A stretch of 64,000 bases of DNA from Chitinivibrionales bacterium (GCA_038247415.1 JBBRUX010000005.1:1-64000); one strand, 5' to 3'. Counted from the stretch's first letter, positions 1 to 9,780 are shown. Notes: generated by a model not told the origin, from the sequence alone. A program made the numbers and translations.

Positions 1-60
1 GATGAGCGGATTGGAAGGATTCATAGCCAGATAAAATGCATAATGCGCGTAAAAAGAATA

Positions 61-91
61 AAAAAAAGGTGATCGGAAGATCACCTTTTTT
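61..91. terminator. Bidirectional intrinsic terminator downstream of tRNA-fMet
   Basis: Hairpin AAAAAAGGTGATC-GGAA-GATCACCTTTTTT, immediately 3' of the minus-strand tRNA. Confidence 0.8.
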
Positions 92-94
92 ATA

Positions 95-171
<77 letters not shown>

Positions 172-204
172 GTAATTTCAATAAATCATTTTCAAAGTTT
201 ATTA

Positions 205-233
205 AATATAATCTGATCCATTTGAAAAAGCAA
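205..233 (-). promoter_or_regulatory. Putative sigma70 promoter of tRNA-fMet
   Basis: Minus strand TTGCTT-17 bp-TATATT, about 35 bp upstream of the tRNA. Confidence 0.5.
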
Positions 234-348
234 AGAGAAACAAATGTTTTTGAAAGAAATACTTGAAAACACTATCCTGAACAAATGATTGGAATGCCTG
301 TTGCCAGGAACAAAATCCCCGGTCGAGATTGGGTAATACTACCTAAAA

Positions 349-696
349 TTATAGCTCGGTATACTTTTTTGCATTCCCTTTGGATTTTTCAATGGGATAC
401 TTCAGCGCATTTTTCTCCAATTTTTGGTGCGCTGCAGAAATGGGATCGATGCCAAGCTTTGTAGAAAGCCGTACAAGATAATTAAGCACATCCCCAATTT
501 CATCGGCAACCCGTGCACGTTTTTCTAATGGGAGACTTGCGCTCTGTTCATCTGTCAACCACAGAAATTCCTCCAGAAGTTCACTTGCTTCCACCGAAAG
601 CGCTGCAGCTAGGTTTTTAGGAGTATGGAATTGGTTCCAATCTCGTTCTTGGGCAAATAGTTCTAATTTACGAGCTAAATCTTCAATTTCGGTCAT
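349..696 (-). CDS. MazG-like all-alpha nucleotide pyrophosphohydrolase (dCTP pyrophosphatase type)
   Basis: ERDWNQFHTPKNLAAALSVEASELLEEF and DEIGDVLNYL motifs; AGGAG RBS before the ATG at 696. Confidence 0.88.
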   Translation of the reverse strand: MTEIEDLARKLELFAQERDWNQFHTPKNLAAALSVEASELLEEFLWLTDEQSASLPLEKRARVADEIGDVLNYLVRLSTKLGIDPISAAHQKLEKNALKYPIEKSKGNAKKYTEL

Positions 697-895
697 ACAA
701 AAACTCCTGAGGAAAATTTCCAAAATTGCTATTAGAACAGGATCTGGCTTTGTATGGTATTCTGTTTAGATCACTATCCTTTTTCGTCCCAAACAATCCA
801 TTTTTAATTAGAAAGCAATTCCCTGACATGTAACTGTAGGATTAGATCTAACCGCCCAATCTGAAAGCCGAATTTCGCGCAAGCGGTCTTGTAAT

Positions 896-1213
896 TCAAT
901 GTGCAATTTTTAATCCAACGATACCAATTACTATTAACAAAGCAGAAAGCATTCTCCAAATACTTGCAGAGTCACCAAAGTAAACAATTCCAACAATCAA
1001 TGTGCCAGCAGAACCAATTCCAGTCCATACAGCATATGCAGTCCCTATTGGAATTGATTTCTGAGCAAGCCATAGCAACAATCCACTTAAACTCATAGAA
1101 ATTATTGCTAAAGAAAATCCAAAAACTTTTGAAGGCATAGTCTGGGATAGCTTTAATCCTAAAGGCCAACCTATTTCAAAAACCCCAGCCCAAATCAAAT
1201 AAATCCAGTTCAT
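896..1213 (-). CDS. sugE: SMR/DMT family exporter, Gdx (SugE) subtype
   Basis: About 105 aa, four TM helices, AGVFEIGW with the conserved Glu, GTAYAVWTGIG signature; start placed at ATG 1213. Confidence 0.85.
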   Translation of the reverse strand: MNWIYLIWAGVFEIGWPLGLKLSQTMPSKVFGFSLAIISMSLSGLLLWLAQKSIPIGTAYAVWTGIGSAGTLIVGIVYFGDSASIWRMLSALLIVIGIVGLKIAH

Positions 1214-1255
1214 TGTATCCTCTTGTATATTTATATAATCAATATTTTTTATCGG

Positions 1256-1310
1256 GCTGCGTTCCATTGCCCTCTCTAAAAGGGTGAGCCACGTTCATCT
1301 CCACATATTT
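1256..1310 (-). pseudogene. Fic (protein adenylyltransferase) gene remnant
   Basis: Minus strand reads [26 protein letters not shown] then gives R-S after skipping one base, completing the Fic motif HPFxxGNGR; no surrounding ORF. Confidence 0.75.
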
Positions 1311-1311
1311 A

Positions 1312-1490
1312 TTGAAGTATTACAGGATGCTAAAACAAGGTCAATATTGGCGTCATTTACCTGCTCCAACATTGGTTACGCACCCAGCAATGCCAGCGAC
1401 CGACTTGGCGCATCCTGTTGAAAACCGCCCCTTAAGTATTGAAGAATATAAACGGATTCAGGAATTCCCAGATGATTGGATAATTGAAGT
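1312..1490 (+). pseudogene. DNA cytosine-5 methyltransferase fragment (M.SinI-like target-recognition/motif IX region)
   Basis: [16 protein letters not shown] joined to [39 protein letters not shown]; catalytic N-terminal motifs and motif X absent. Confidence 0.75.
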
Positions 1491-1630
1491 TATTCATAAT
1501 TTAGACGGCATAACAACTCTGAATAGTGCCTATAGTACTTGATTAAATTCATTAAGTAAATTACTAAAAGCACCATCATATATACAATTTTCTTCTTCAC
1601 ACTTGAACATAGCTTACATTCTTTTTGGAC

Positions 1631-2557
1631 TTAATCATCCTTCAAACTTGGATTATCTTTAAAGAAATCCTGTGGGTTTTTTGGGGCAACGCGCAGTGTT
1701 TTGTAATGATCGAGCATTACTTCACCAGGAGGTGATTTTCTTCTTTTGTGAACAAAGCGGGCCTCGGTGTAGTGCACTTCTGCAAAGGATGTGTGTTTGA
1801 CTTTAGAATACCATACAGAAAATGATGCTACCGTTTCTAGAATATGCTTTGGGGGAAGCGGAGTATTTTTGGGGCGTCGAATAATGAGATGCGAGCCCGC
1901 GTGAGCTGCAACATGAAACCAAACATCCGACGGTTTTGCAAAACGGGTAGAGAGTTCGTCATTTTGCGTGTCGTTTTTGCCAATGTAAATATCCCATCCT
2001 TCGAGCGTAACGTGTCGATAAGGATGAGGTTCTTCGTGCTGCTTTGTTGCCTGACCAGGCGTAACGCTCATTTTTTTAATAATATCGAGCGCTACAAGCC
2101 GATTGCGGATTTCTTCTCTTGTGCCGTCGGTGATGGGATCGATACTTTCCAAAAGCGCCGTGATCGCGTGTAAAATTTCGGTGGCAGAATCTGCACGCTG
2201 TTGCGTTCTTATGCAATTTTCCTCTATTATTGCTAAACTTCGCTTTGCTTTTTTTGCTTTTTTATAAAAAAGTTCTGCATTCTCCTGTGCATCGAGCTTA
2301 GGATTAAATGCAACCGAGATCATTTCTTGGGTATGAACATTTTCTAATAATACTTCGATAGCTCCTCGTTTGGCGCAGTGCAAATCGGCCAGAATCGAGT
2401 CGCCAATCTGCTGATAGGCGGTTCCTTTTGCCGCTTCGACTTTTTCATCTATCTGTTTTTGAAGCGTAAGTTGTTGTTTTTTAATGAATCGCTTGCTTAC
2501 AACCGCCCACTCACGAAAAAAAAGCTGATTTTCTTCAACATTTACAACATCGTTCAT
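1631..2557 (-). CDS. NFACT/RqcH (FbpA)-family protein retaining the coiled-coil, M and NFACT-R domains
   Basis: NPKLDAQENAELFYKKAKK; IYIGKNDTQNDELS, DVWFHVAAHAGSHLII, VHYTEARFVHK...PPGEV. Confidence 0.85.
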   Translation of the reverse strand: MNDVVNVEENQLFFREWAVVSKRFIKKQQLTLQKQIDEKVEAAKGTAYQQIGDSILADLHCAKRGAIEVLLENVHTQEMISVAFNPKLDAQENAELFYKKAKKAKRSLAIIEENCIRTQQRADSATEILHAITALLESIDPITDGTREEIRNRLVALDIIKKMSVTPGQATKQHEEPHPYRHVTLEGWDIYIGKNDTQNDELSTRFAKPSDVWFHVAAHAGSHLIIRRPKNTPLPPKHILETVASFSVWYSKVKHTSFAEVHYTEARFVHKRRKSPPGEVMLDHYKTLRVAPKNPQDFFKDNPSLKDD

Positions 2558-2676
2558 AGAGAATACCTTGACTTTGATATGATATTTTGGTAGTATTAGA
2601 ACACGAAAATGCCGAATTTACAGAATAAGTAATAAACAAAGAGTCGCAAAGTTTCACCTAAAAATTTGGAATTACT

Positions 2677-3072
2677 ATGGTAAACACCATCGAACTAATC
2701 TGCCCACATTGTTCACATGTAAGCGAACTCTTTATTTCTGAACAAGTTAACTACATTGTGCTCAATTGCCCTTCATGCGGCGTTCCACTGCTTTTTCAAG
2801 GTGATCATTGGATTGCAGTGAGTAAGCAAATCGCCCGGCAAATCAGCTCCTCGCCAAAAGAGTCTACAGTAAAAGATACTATTAACCGGATTATGCATAC
2901 CACTGCAGATACAGCAAAACCTTTTAAGTTTCCCGATTTTGTGCCAGAAAACCATATTCAAGCGCAATCTACCGACCTGGAACGCAACTACATTTCCGCC
3001 GATGACATATTAAATCTGAAAATCGATCTAGAACGCGCAGAAGATTCTCTCGATTTTTTAGCCCGGCTCTAA
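2677..3072 (+). CDS. Hypothetical protein with N-terminal Zn-ribbon
   Basis: CPHC...CPSC pairs; followed by a hairpin. Confidence 0.7.
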   Translation: MVNTIELICPHCSHVSELFISEQVNYIVLNCPSCGVPLLFQGDHWIAVSKQIARQISSSPKESTVKDTINRIMHTTADTAKPFKFPDFVPENHIQAQSTDLERNYISADDILNLKIDLERAEDSLDFLARL

Positions 3073-3083
3073 ACTTTCCTTAA

Positions 3084-3116
3084 AGCCCTCTTTTCGCCGA
3101 AGGGTGAAAGAGGGCT
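3084..3116. terminator. Stem-loop, putative terminator
   Basis: AGCCCTCTTTTCGCC-GAAG-GGTGAAAGAGGGCT directly after the stop at 3072. Confidence 0.55.
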
Positions 3117-3252
3117 GTATCGTCTCGTTCCCACAACAAAATACCATTTATTACGAGCAAGAGTATATTTTATAGTACTTGAGGTTTTCTAACTTCTTGT
3201 TAATCAAGAGTTTGCTTGGTACTTTTAAACTTATTGGGTCGGCTTTTTATTT

Positions 3253-4170
3253 ATGGAATTTTCATACGCAACCTACAACTTTAGCCCCATTCTTGGCTGG
3301 TCTATCTCACGTTATGAGTTATTTGATAAATGCAAAAGACAATATTTTTATAATTATTATTCAAAATTTGTTCCCGGAGTTCCTCTTTATAAAGTTAAGC
3401 AACTCAAAGAACTTACCTCAGTGCCTTTGGAAATAGGAAATGTTGTCCATGACATTATGGAAACGCTTCTCAAACGATTACAAAAATCAGATGCCGACAT
3501 TAACACCCAAAAATTTATTGAATATAGCCATGTTTTAGCACACGATTATTTTTCGAGAAAAACTTTTATAGAACTTCATTATAAAAAATATGCTGCTATC
3601 GAAATGGACAACGTCTATCAAAAAATCGACCTTTGCTTAAATAATTTCCTAACGAGTTCCTGCTTTAACTGGATTTTCATGAAAGCTCTCACCAATAAGC
3701 ACAACTGGATGATTGAACCTGCAGGGTATGGCGAAACTCGTTTGAACGGCCTAAAAGCCTATTGCAAAATGGATTTTCTTTTTCCTGTTGATGATGTCAT
3801 TTACATACTCGATTGGAAAACTGGCAAAAAAAATACGTTTAAACATTCTGCGCAACTTATTGGTTACGCTGCTGCCACCCACGAAAACTTTAAAGTACCC
3901 TTCGAAAAAATCTATCCAAAAATTATCTATTTGTCACCTGTATTTGATGAACTGGAGTTTTTGCTTCGGCCAAATGATCTTGAGACTTTTTTTGAAACAG
4001 TCAAGCATCAAAGTTTAGAAATGTATAACTATTGTGTCGATATAGAAAAGAACATACCCCGTGCAATGGAAGAATTCCCCAAAACACCCAGTATGGCAAT
4101 TTGTGAGTGCTGCAATTATCAGGAACTCTGTCTTCCAGACCTCAAAGCAACAGCCTTTGGTCTCGATTAA
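3253..4170 (+). CDS. PD-(D/E)XK nuclease, Cas4/AddB-like with putative Fe-S cluster
   Basis: WSISRYELFDKCKRQY, EIGNVVHDIME, KMDFL...ILDWKTG, QLIGY, C-terminal CECCNYQELC. Confidence 0.8.
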   Translation: MEFSYATYNFSPILGWSISRYELFDKCKRQYFYNYYSKFVPGVPLYKVKQLKELTSVPLEIGNVVHDIMETLLKRLQKSDADINTQKFIEYSHVLAHDYFSRKTFIELHYKKYAAIEMDNVYQKIDLCLNNFLTSSCFNWIFMKALTNKHNWMIEPAGYGETRLNGLKAYCKMDFLFPVDDVIYILDWKTGKKNTFKHSAQLIGYAAATHENFKVPFEKIYPKIIYLSPVFDELEFLLRPNDLETFFETVKHQSLEMYNYCVDIEKNIPRAMEEFPKTPSMAICECCNYQELCLPDLKATAFGLD

Positions 4171-4187
4171 ACCAAAAGAAAGAGCCT

Positions 4188-6620
4188 ATGACTTATAAAA
4201 TTCTTGTATCCAGCATGAAAAATCCTAAAGCGTTGATTTCTGCTTTAATTCTGTTTGTTGCAGTGCCACTTTTTTCCCAAACGCCAAACATAGATACTAC
4301 AAACTATGTAACTGTGCGCGATGGGCATCTGTATCTTAAAGGCGAAAGGGTGCGCTATTGGGGAGCAATAGGCAGCTTCCCCGCCCCAAACTACGCGGCA
4401 AACATTGCTACAGTCAAGCGTCTTAAATCTCTTGGATTTAATATGGTTCGCTATTGGACAGCACCTTTAAAGTATACAAAAGGTGATAACTCAAGAGGGG
4501 ATTTAAGCGATCATTTTTTGTATTGTTGCGCTCAAGAAGGTATACAAGTTTGGTTTGCAACACTTAACTCAATGGGAGAAATAAGCCTGTCGGATGCTTC
4601 TGTTATTAACGACCCTTCAACCGAGGCGAATTGGAAAAAAGCAGTTTTTCCACCTCAGCCCACAAAAGCGGCGTTAAATTCGATTGCGGTAGATACCAAT
4701 GCAATTCTTGTTCGCCTCATTAATCGCCGTAAAGAAAGGGGAGATTCTACTTCCCCATCGCACCAGGATATAGAAGCTGCAATTGCCCGCTATATTGCCA
4801 GAATGCAATCGACTCCAGCACCCATTGGGTTTAACTCAGAAGTCCGCTATTGGGATGAACGCATTCACAAATTAGCAATACAACGGCATCGGACAATGCT
4901 TAATCATGTAAATCAGTATACAGGATATCGGTATGCTGATGATCCAGTTTTTGCAATATGGGAACTTACCAACGAGGAGTGGTGGTTTTTTAATATTAAA
5001 AATGGCACCTTTATGAATAGGCTTCCACGCTTTTTTCGCGAGAATCTTATATCACTATGGAACGATTTTCTTGTTAGGAAATACGAGACAAATACACATC
5101 TTTGTCAATCATGGAACAACAACTTGCTATCAGGAGAGTCTCTTACTCAAAAAAATATAGCGCTCCTTCCCTTTAGCGAAACTTCGCAAGATTTACAATC
5201 GGTATCATTAGGTGTTGGCATTACGATAGATACAACGCATAAAAAATATTCACCCAGAGATTTTACCACACGTCGTAGCGGGGATGTTATCGAATTTTTG
5301 CTATCTCTGTGGACTCGCTACAAAAAAGAAGAAGCCGATTCGGCAAAAGCCTGTGGTGCAGGAATTATGCGCGCTCCTATGGTTTGGGATAATGGGATTG
5401 GCTACGATATGCCCACACAATTTATGCAGTCCCAAGCCGATGCCGTTTCCCACGATAGCTACTTTAATGGTCCCTTTTCAATGGATTCGCATCACAAAAG
5501 ATTTCCCTGGCTAAGCCAGCTCGAAGAGCTTCCAAAAGTGTGCTGGCAAGATCCTTGGCTAGAGCATAACAAGGTTTCTGGGAAGCCTTTTTTTGTGTAT
5601 GAAACACAAATTATGCAACCTGCAAAATACCGCGCAGAATATCCGCTTTCTTTGGCAAAAATAGGAGCCATTCAAGATTGGGATGCAATATGCTGGCATT
5701 ATTGGGGACACCCACGGGATACACTCGATACGCTGCCTTTTGCACAGCCACTCGACTATTCGAACCAGAATCATTTTACACAAGGGTATCATTATCAATT
5801 CGATGAAGTTCTTCAATCATCAATGAGCATGGCTGCATTGATTTTTAAGCAGGGCTTGCTCAAGCCTGCCCCAAAGCCCACACTCTTTATCTTTGGGCGC
5901 AATAGCCTTTACGATTGGAACATGACAGAGTATGGTAAAACAGGCGAAATGTTTCTACCAACCGTATATCGTTATGGCATGAGATTATTAATCGATACCT
6001 CTCGCGCAGAAGATGCCATCATTGGCCCACGAATTATAAACCGCGGAGTGTATGAGTCGTGCCCTATTGTTCCAACAGACGAAATATCTCACGACTGGCA
6101 AAAGGGAACGCTTGTTTTTGATGCTCCTGGAGTCAAGTCTTTTGTTGGCTTTCTGGCGAATTATGGCAAGCAGGTTTTATTTAAGGGAAATTTCGTGCTT
6201 TCTAATGTCACGATCAATAATCCGCAACACATGCCGTATCCGGTAACGCAAGCGGAGAAATACATTTCGTTTTCAATAGCAACAGCCGATGAAAAGCCAT
6301 TAGAAACAACAAAAAAAGCCTATATTTCGCTTGTCAGCACAAGCTTCAACAGCAACTTTTCTATCGACACTGCGTCATGGCTAAAAACTCCCTTCAATCC
6401 TTCACGAGAATGGAATATGGATCCTAACTCATTTAACCCTGGATCGCTGCCTGTGTTAGTAGCTCGTGTTGGGGCAACTATCACCAGCCCAAGCTTAGCC
6501 TCCATGCGATACCGCTATTTGGATTGGCATTTCAAAGAAATCGGAAAAGGGGTAATAACTAACAATACCCTTACTATTCCAAGCAAGAAGCCTATTTTTC
6601 TTATTGAGCTCACCCGTTGA
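4188..6620 (+). CDS. Secreted clan GH-A (GH5-like) glycoside hydrolase
   Basis: Signal peptide; RDGHLYLKGERVRYWG, LGFNMVR, HVNQYTGYRYADDPVFAIWELTNE (acid/base), KPFFVYE (nucleophile candidate); start at 4188 or 4215. Confidence 0.7.
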   Translation: MTYKILVSSMKNPKALISALILFVAVPLFSQTPNIDTTNYVTVRDGHLYLKGERVRYWGAIGSFPAPNYAANIATVKRLKSLGFNMVRYWTAPLKYTKGDNSRGDLSDHFLYCCAQEGIQVWFATLNSMGEISLSDASVINDPSTEANWKKAVFPPQPTKAALNSIAVDTNAILVRLINRRKERGDSTSPSHQDIEAAIARYIARMQSTPAPIGFNSEVRYWDERIHKLAIQRHRTMLNHVNQYTGYRYADDPVFAIWELTNEEWWFFNIKNGTFMNRLPRFFRENLISLWNDFLVRKYETNTHLCQSWNNNLLSGESLTQKNIALLPFSETSQDLQSVSLGVGITIDTTHKKYSPRDFTTRRSGDVIEFLLSLWTRYKKEEADSAKACGAGIMRAPMVWDNGIGYDMPTQFMQSQADAVSHDSYFNGPFSMDSHHKRFPWLSQLEELPKVCWQDPWLEHNKVSGKPFFVYETQIMQPAKYRAEYPLSLAKIGAIQDWDAICWHYWGHPRDTLDTLPFAQPLDYSNQNHFTQGYHYQFDEVLQSSMSMAALIFKQGLLKPAPKPTLFIFGRNSLYDWNMTEYGKTGEMFLPTVYRYGMRLLIDTSRAEDAIIGPRIINRGVYESCPIVPTDEISHDWQKGTLVFDAPGVKSFVGFLANYGKQVLFKGNFVLSNVTINNPQHMPYPVTQAEKYISFSIATADEKPLETTKKAYISLVSTSFNSNFSIDTASWLKTPFNPSREWNMDPNSFNPGSLPVLVARVGATITSPSLASMRYRYLDWHFKEIGKGVITNNTLTIPSKKPIFLIELTR

Positions 6621-6625
6621 CCCCA

Positions 6626-6667
6626 CCGGATGCTGTTTTAGCCTTTCTTAAAACATTCAGCATCCGG
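6626..6667. terminator. Inverted repeat after the GH gene
   Basis: CCGGATGCTG...CAGCATCCGG with an additional paired TTTTA/TAAAA stem. Confidence 0.5.
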
Positions 6668-6776
6668 AACATATAATGCAATCAATCATTTACAACAAAG
6701 TGCCATGATAATAGAATATGGATATACGGCATAATTAGAATGCCATTACAGCCATCTTCACCCTATTAGGTTTGGC

Positions 6777-7967
6777 ATGAAGATCCCTTTTTTAGATACT
6801 CTCACTGCTGGCCAAAGAAAGATAATCCTCGTTGTTGCAGGAGGATCCATTCTTTGCACTCTAGGGATAAGCGCATTTTTATTAACACGTCAATCTAAGC
6901 AAGCACTTAATCAGAAAAAAAGTCATTCTGCAAGGGCGTTACTTCCGGTAAAAAAAGCCTATACCTACGTAGATTTAAGCCCCTTAGATATAGGAGCACA
7001 TCTTACTGTTGCGCGTCAGTATCTCAAGCAAGACCGACCAGATAAAGCAATCCCCCACTTTCTTCGAGTTTTACCCTTTGTAGAGAATGATTATCCAACG
7101 CTTGTTGATCTGGCGACAGCTTATTTATCATCATTTGAGTATCAAAAGGCACTTTCTTCGTTTAGAGAATTAGAAGAAACAGTAAAACCTGATTCACTTC
7201 TTAGGGTTGTGGAAGCTCGCTATGGGCTCTCGCTTTTGCTTGCGGGCAGGGCGCCAGAGGCTGTGGCATTGCTCGAATCGTGCCTCAAAACAGATCCCCA
7301 CAATGCAGAAGCATTATGCTATTTAGGACAAGCTCAAGCAAGTCTGTCTGTAGATTCTGCAATCGTGCTTTCCTATTTTCAAAAAGCTACGAGCGCACAA
7401 CCAGAAAATATCGAAGCGCGCTATCAACAGGCTCGCTATCTTATGGAGCGGGGTAACTATACTGTTGCACGCGATTCGTTTCAACGCATTCTATCAATTG
7501 ACCCGCTCAATATTCGAACACATTCGCGACTTGGAATGATTTATTACTATCTCAAGCAGCCTGAATTTGCCCTCAAATCGTATGAAACCGCTTTGGCATT
7601 AAACCCCGACGATTACAATACGCATTACAATTTAGGTGAGCTTCTATTTACCTATTATCAAGATAATCTTCGTGCATTAACAGAATTTAAACGAACTATT
7701 GAGCTCAAGCCCAATCACGCAGAAGCCAATTTCAAGATTGGGCTAATCTGCCTCAACAATCAAATGAATCGGGAAGCTGCCGGCTACCTCGAAAGCGCCT
7801 GCGCCTTCAAACCAAACACAGTACGCTATATGCTTCAGCTTGCCGTTGCATACGAAAAAATCGGATTATCCGATAAAGCAGCAGACATATATGCAACCAT
7901 ATTAGAGATTGATGCACTCAATCCTATTGCGCTCCAAAAAGCTAAAATGTTACAATCAAAGTCTTAG
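6777..7967 (+). CDS. Membrane-anchored tetratricopeptide-repeat protein
   Basis: N-terminal TM segment; repeated TPR patterns (ALALNPDDYNTHYNLG, IELKPNHAEANFKIG). Confidence 0.85.
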   Translation: MKIPFLDTLTAGQRKIILVVAGGSILCTLGISAFLLTRQSKQALNQKKSHSARALLPVKKAYTYVDLSPLDIGAHLTVARQYLKQDRPDKAIPHFLRVLPFVENDYPTLVDLATAYLSSFEYQKALSSFRELEETVKPDSLLRVVEARYGLSLLLAGRAPEAVALLESCLKTDPHNAEALCYLGQAQASLSVDSAIVLSYFQKATSAQPENIEARYQQARYLMERGNYTVARDSFQRILSIDPLNIRTHSRLGMIYYYLKQPEFALKSYETALALNPDDYNTHYNLGELLFTYYQDNLRALTEFKRTIELKPNHAEANFKIGLICLNNQMNREAAGYLESACAFKPNTVRYMLQLAVAYEKIGLSDKAADIYATILEIDALNPIALQKAKMLQSKS

Positions 7968-8107
7968 TAAGGTACTATTTTAACTTGATTTAAAAAAAAC
8001 ACTTGATTTTTTACCGAAACTGAATGTATTCTTCTCTTTGAGATTAAACAAGTAACGACTTTTAAAGTCGCTGCTATTGTCAAGCACCCAGATAAAGGAT
8101 TTGTGCC

Positions 8108-8449
8108 ATGGCAAATATTACGAAGCGTGACTTGGTTGAGCGTATTTCCGAAAAAACAGGACTTACGCAGGTCGACACCAAAATTGTCATCGAAAGCTTT
8201 ATCGAATCAATCGCCAATGCGCTTGAATCTGGTAAAAACATTGAGATTAGAGGCTTTGGACGATTTAAAATTAAGAAGCGTAATGCACGAATTGCACGCA
8301 ACCCACGTACTGGTGAGCAGATTAGTGTTACCGAAGGCGTAAAGCCAATTTTTAAGGCTTCTAACGAGCTACGCGACCGCGTTAATCAGGGTGGGATAGA
8401 TTCTCTTGCAGCAGCCGTTACCCAGGCTTCGCAAGCCGTAGCCATTTGA
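8108..8449 (+). CDS. HU/IHF family DNA-binding protein
   Basis: ITKRDLVERISEK, IEIRGFGRF, ARNPRTGE, PIFKAS. Confidence 0.93.
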   Translation: MANITKRDLVERISEKTGLTQVDTKIVIESFIESIANALESGKNIEIRGFGRFKIKKRNARIARNPRTGEQISVTEGVKPIFKASNELRDRVNQGGIDSLAAAVTQASQAVAI

Positions 8450-8563
8450 GGCTTTGTCAGGATCTCAACTTTTAGCGTTTAACCGCCACTTCTCTGTAGT
8501 GGGCTCCATAAAGCGCATACCTCGCTTCGCAATGTCACGCTTAATACAAATTCGAAGCATGCT

Positions 8564-9208
8564 TCAAAAATTAAAAGCTATAATTCCTTTTGTAGCAATC
8601 AAAATGCCCAATGTCAAGATAACAACACCGCTGAGTGCATTCACAAGATAAGGAAATTTACCAATACGCCTAAATCTGCTTCGAAAAAACTGAGAAGCAT
8701 ATCCTGCAATAAGCATTGGGATAGAAAATCCTAAAGAATATATAAACAAAAAGAAAACACCCGAAGCAACTTTTCCTTCGGTAGCCACCATAGCTAATAC
8801 ACCCGAAAGCATTGGCCCCACACAAGGGATCCAAATAATTCCTAATGTAAACCCAAGAAAAAAGCCTCCGAATCTACCGCGTGAATTTTGGGCAAATCGT
8901 GACAAAAAACTCATGTGTTTGAAAACATTGACGTTTAAGATCAAAAGAAGCCCAAAACAAGCAATAAGCACTCCTGCGATTTTTTCAACATACCGCATAT
9001 TACTGCCAACAAATGATCCAAAAAGTGACGAAACAACACCCATGAGAATAAACGTAAGCGCTATGCCACTTATCACCAAAAGAGGGCGCACTTTATGCTC
9101 ATCGTTTGTACCGGTTACAACAATTGGAATAACCGGCAAAACACACGGAGACAACACACTTGCGAGTCCTGCACTAAAAACCAGTGCTATATTAAGAGAA
9201 GTTATCAT
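8564..9208 (-). CDS. ccdA: CcdA/DsbD transmembrane thiol-disulfide transporter
   Basis: AGLASVLSPCVLPVIP and WIPCVGPML redox Cys motifs, six TM segments. Confidence 0.88.
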   Translation of the reverse strand: MITSLNIALVFSAGLASVLSPCVLPVIPIVVTGTNDEHKVRPLLVISGIALTFILMGVVSSLFGSFVGSNMRYVEKIAGVLIACFGLLLILNVNVFKHMSFLSRFAQNSRGRFGGFFLGFTLGIIWIPCVGPMLSGVLAMVATEGKVASGVFFLFIYSLGFSIPMLIAGYASQFFRSRFRRIGKFPYLVNALSGVVILTLGILIATKGIIAFNF

Positions 9209-9240
9209 ACTGCCCTACCAAAAAAAAGGATTGAACTGCA

Positions 9241-9726
9241 TTATTTAAGCGCCGCAAGAATTGTTGATTCATCTTGAATACCTGGAGTAAACCGCTTAAT
9301 TTCTTTTCCGTTCTTATCGATAATTACAAGAGAGGGCAATCCACGAATTCCATAATCGTAAAAGAGCTTCTGATCTGCATCAACCGTTGTTTTGATATAC
9401 TTAACAGTCGCGATACTCGCCAAGGCATCTTTCATCCCATTCAGAATAGTTACTTGAGATTGACATGGGCGGCCATTTGGGTTCATAAAAAACAATATTT
9501 TCTTTTCGGGAACTGCTATCGGTTTAGCAACACAATGTACCGACGAATCCTTTTTGCAGCTAGCTATTTTTGTACTGTCACAATGCACCGGTGTGCCAGA
9601 TGTACTGTTCACGCAGGATGGAATTTTATTACAAGTGCTTTGTTTAGAACTCTCGGCTGCAATAACCAAAATAGATCCAACTGCTAAACTGAGTCCTACT
9701 GCTATGGTTCCAATGCGCCAATTCAT
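9241..9726 (-). CDS. Exported thioredoxin-like protein with a Cys-rich linker
   Basis: Signal peptide; GRPC (single-Cys site), YGIRGLPSLVIIDKNGKEI thioredoxin-fold end. Confidence 0.7.
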   Translation of the reverse strand: MNWRIGTIAVGLSLAVGSILVIAAESSKQSTCNKIPSCVNSTSGTPVHCDSTKIASCKKDSSVHCVAKPIAVPEKKILFFMNPNGRPCQSQVTILNGMKDALASIATVKYIKTTVDADQKLFYDYGIRGLPSLVIIDKNGKEIKRFTPGIQDESTILAALK

Positions 9727-9780
9727 ATATTTTCCTTTTAAAAAATGTTTACAATCACTATAAAGGTACGCTTTACGTGT

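Noticed and set aside
835..895. Possible integron attC site after the SMR gene (GTTAGAT on the minus strand)
   Set aside because: No matching RYYYAAC inverse core near the stop codon, no extended attC symmetry and no integrase.
1214..1310. Guanidine riboswitch upstream of the Gdx/SMR gene
   Set aside because: No paired ACGR hairpins or other recognisable motif; the region is occupied by the Fic remnant.
4107..4187. Upstream start extensions in the ORF track (also 723, 1267, 10233, 11026, 39048, 48967, 54952, 56555, 58788)
   Set aside because: They overlap neighbouring genes or lack an RBS; downstream starts fit domain boundaries better.
3072..4190. Possible CRISPR locus around the Cas4-like nuclease
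   Set aside because: No repeat-spacer array and no cas1/cas2 seen anywhere in the window.
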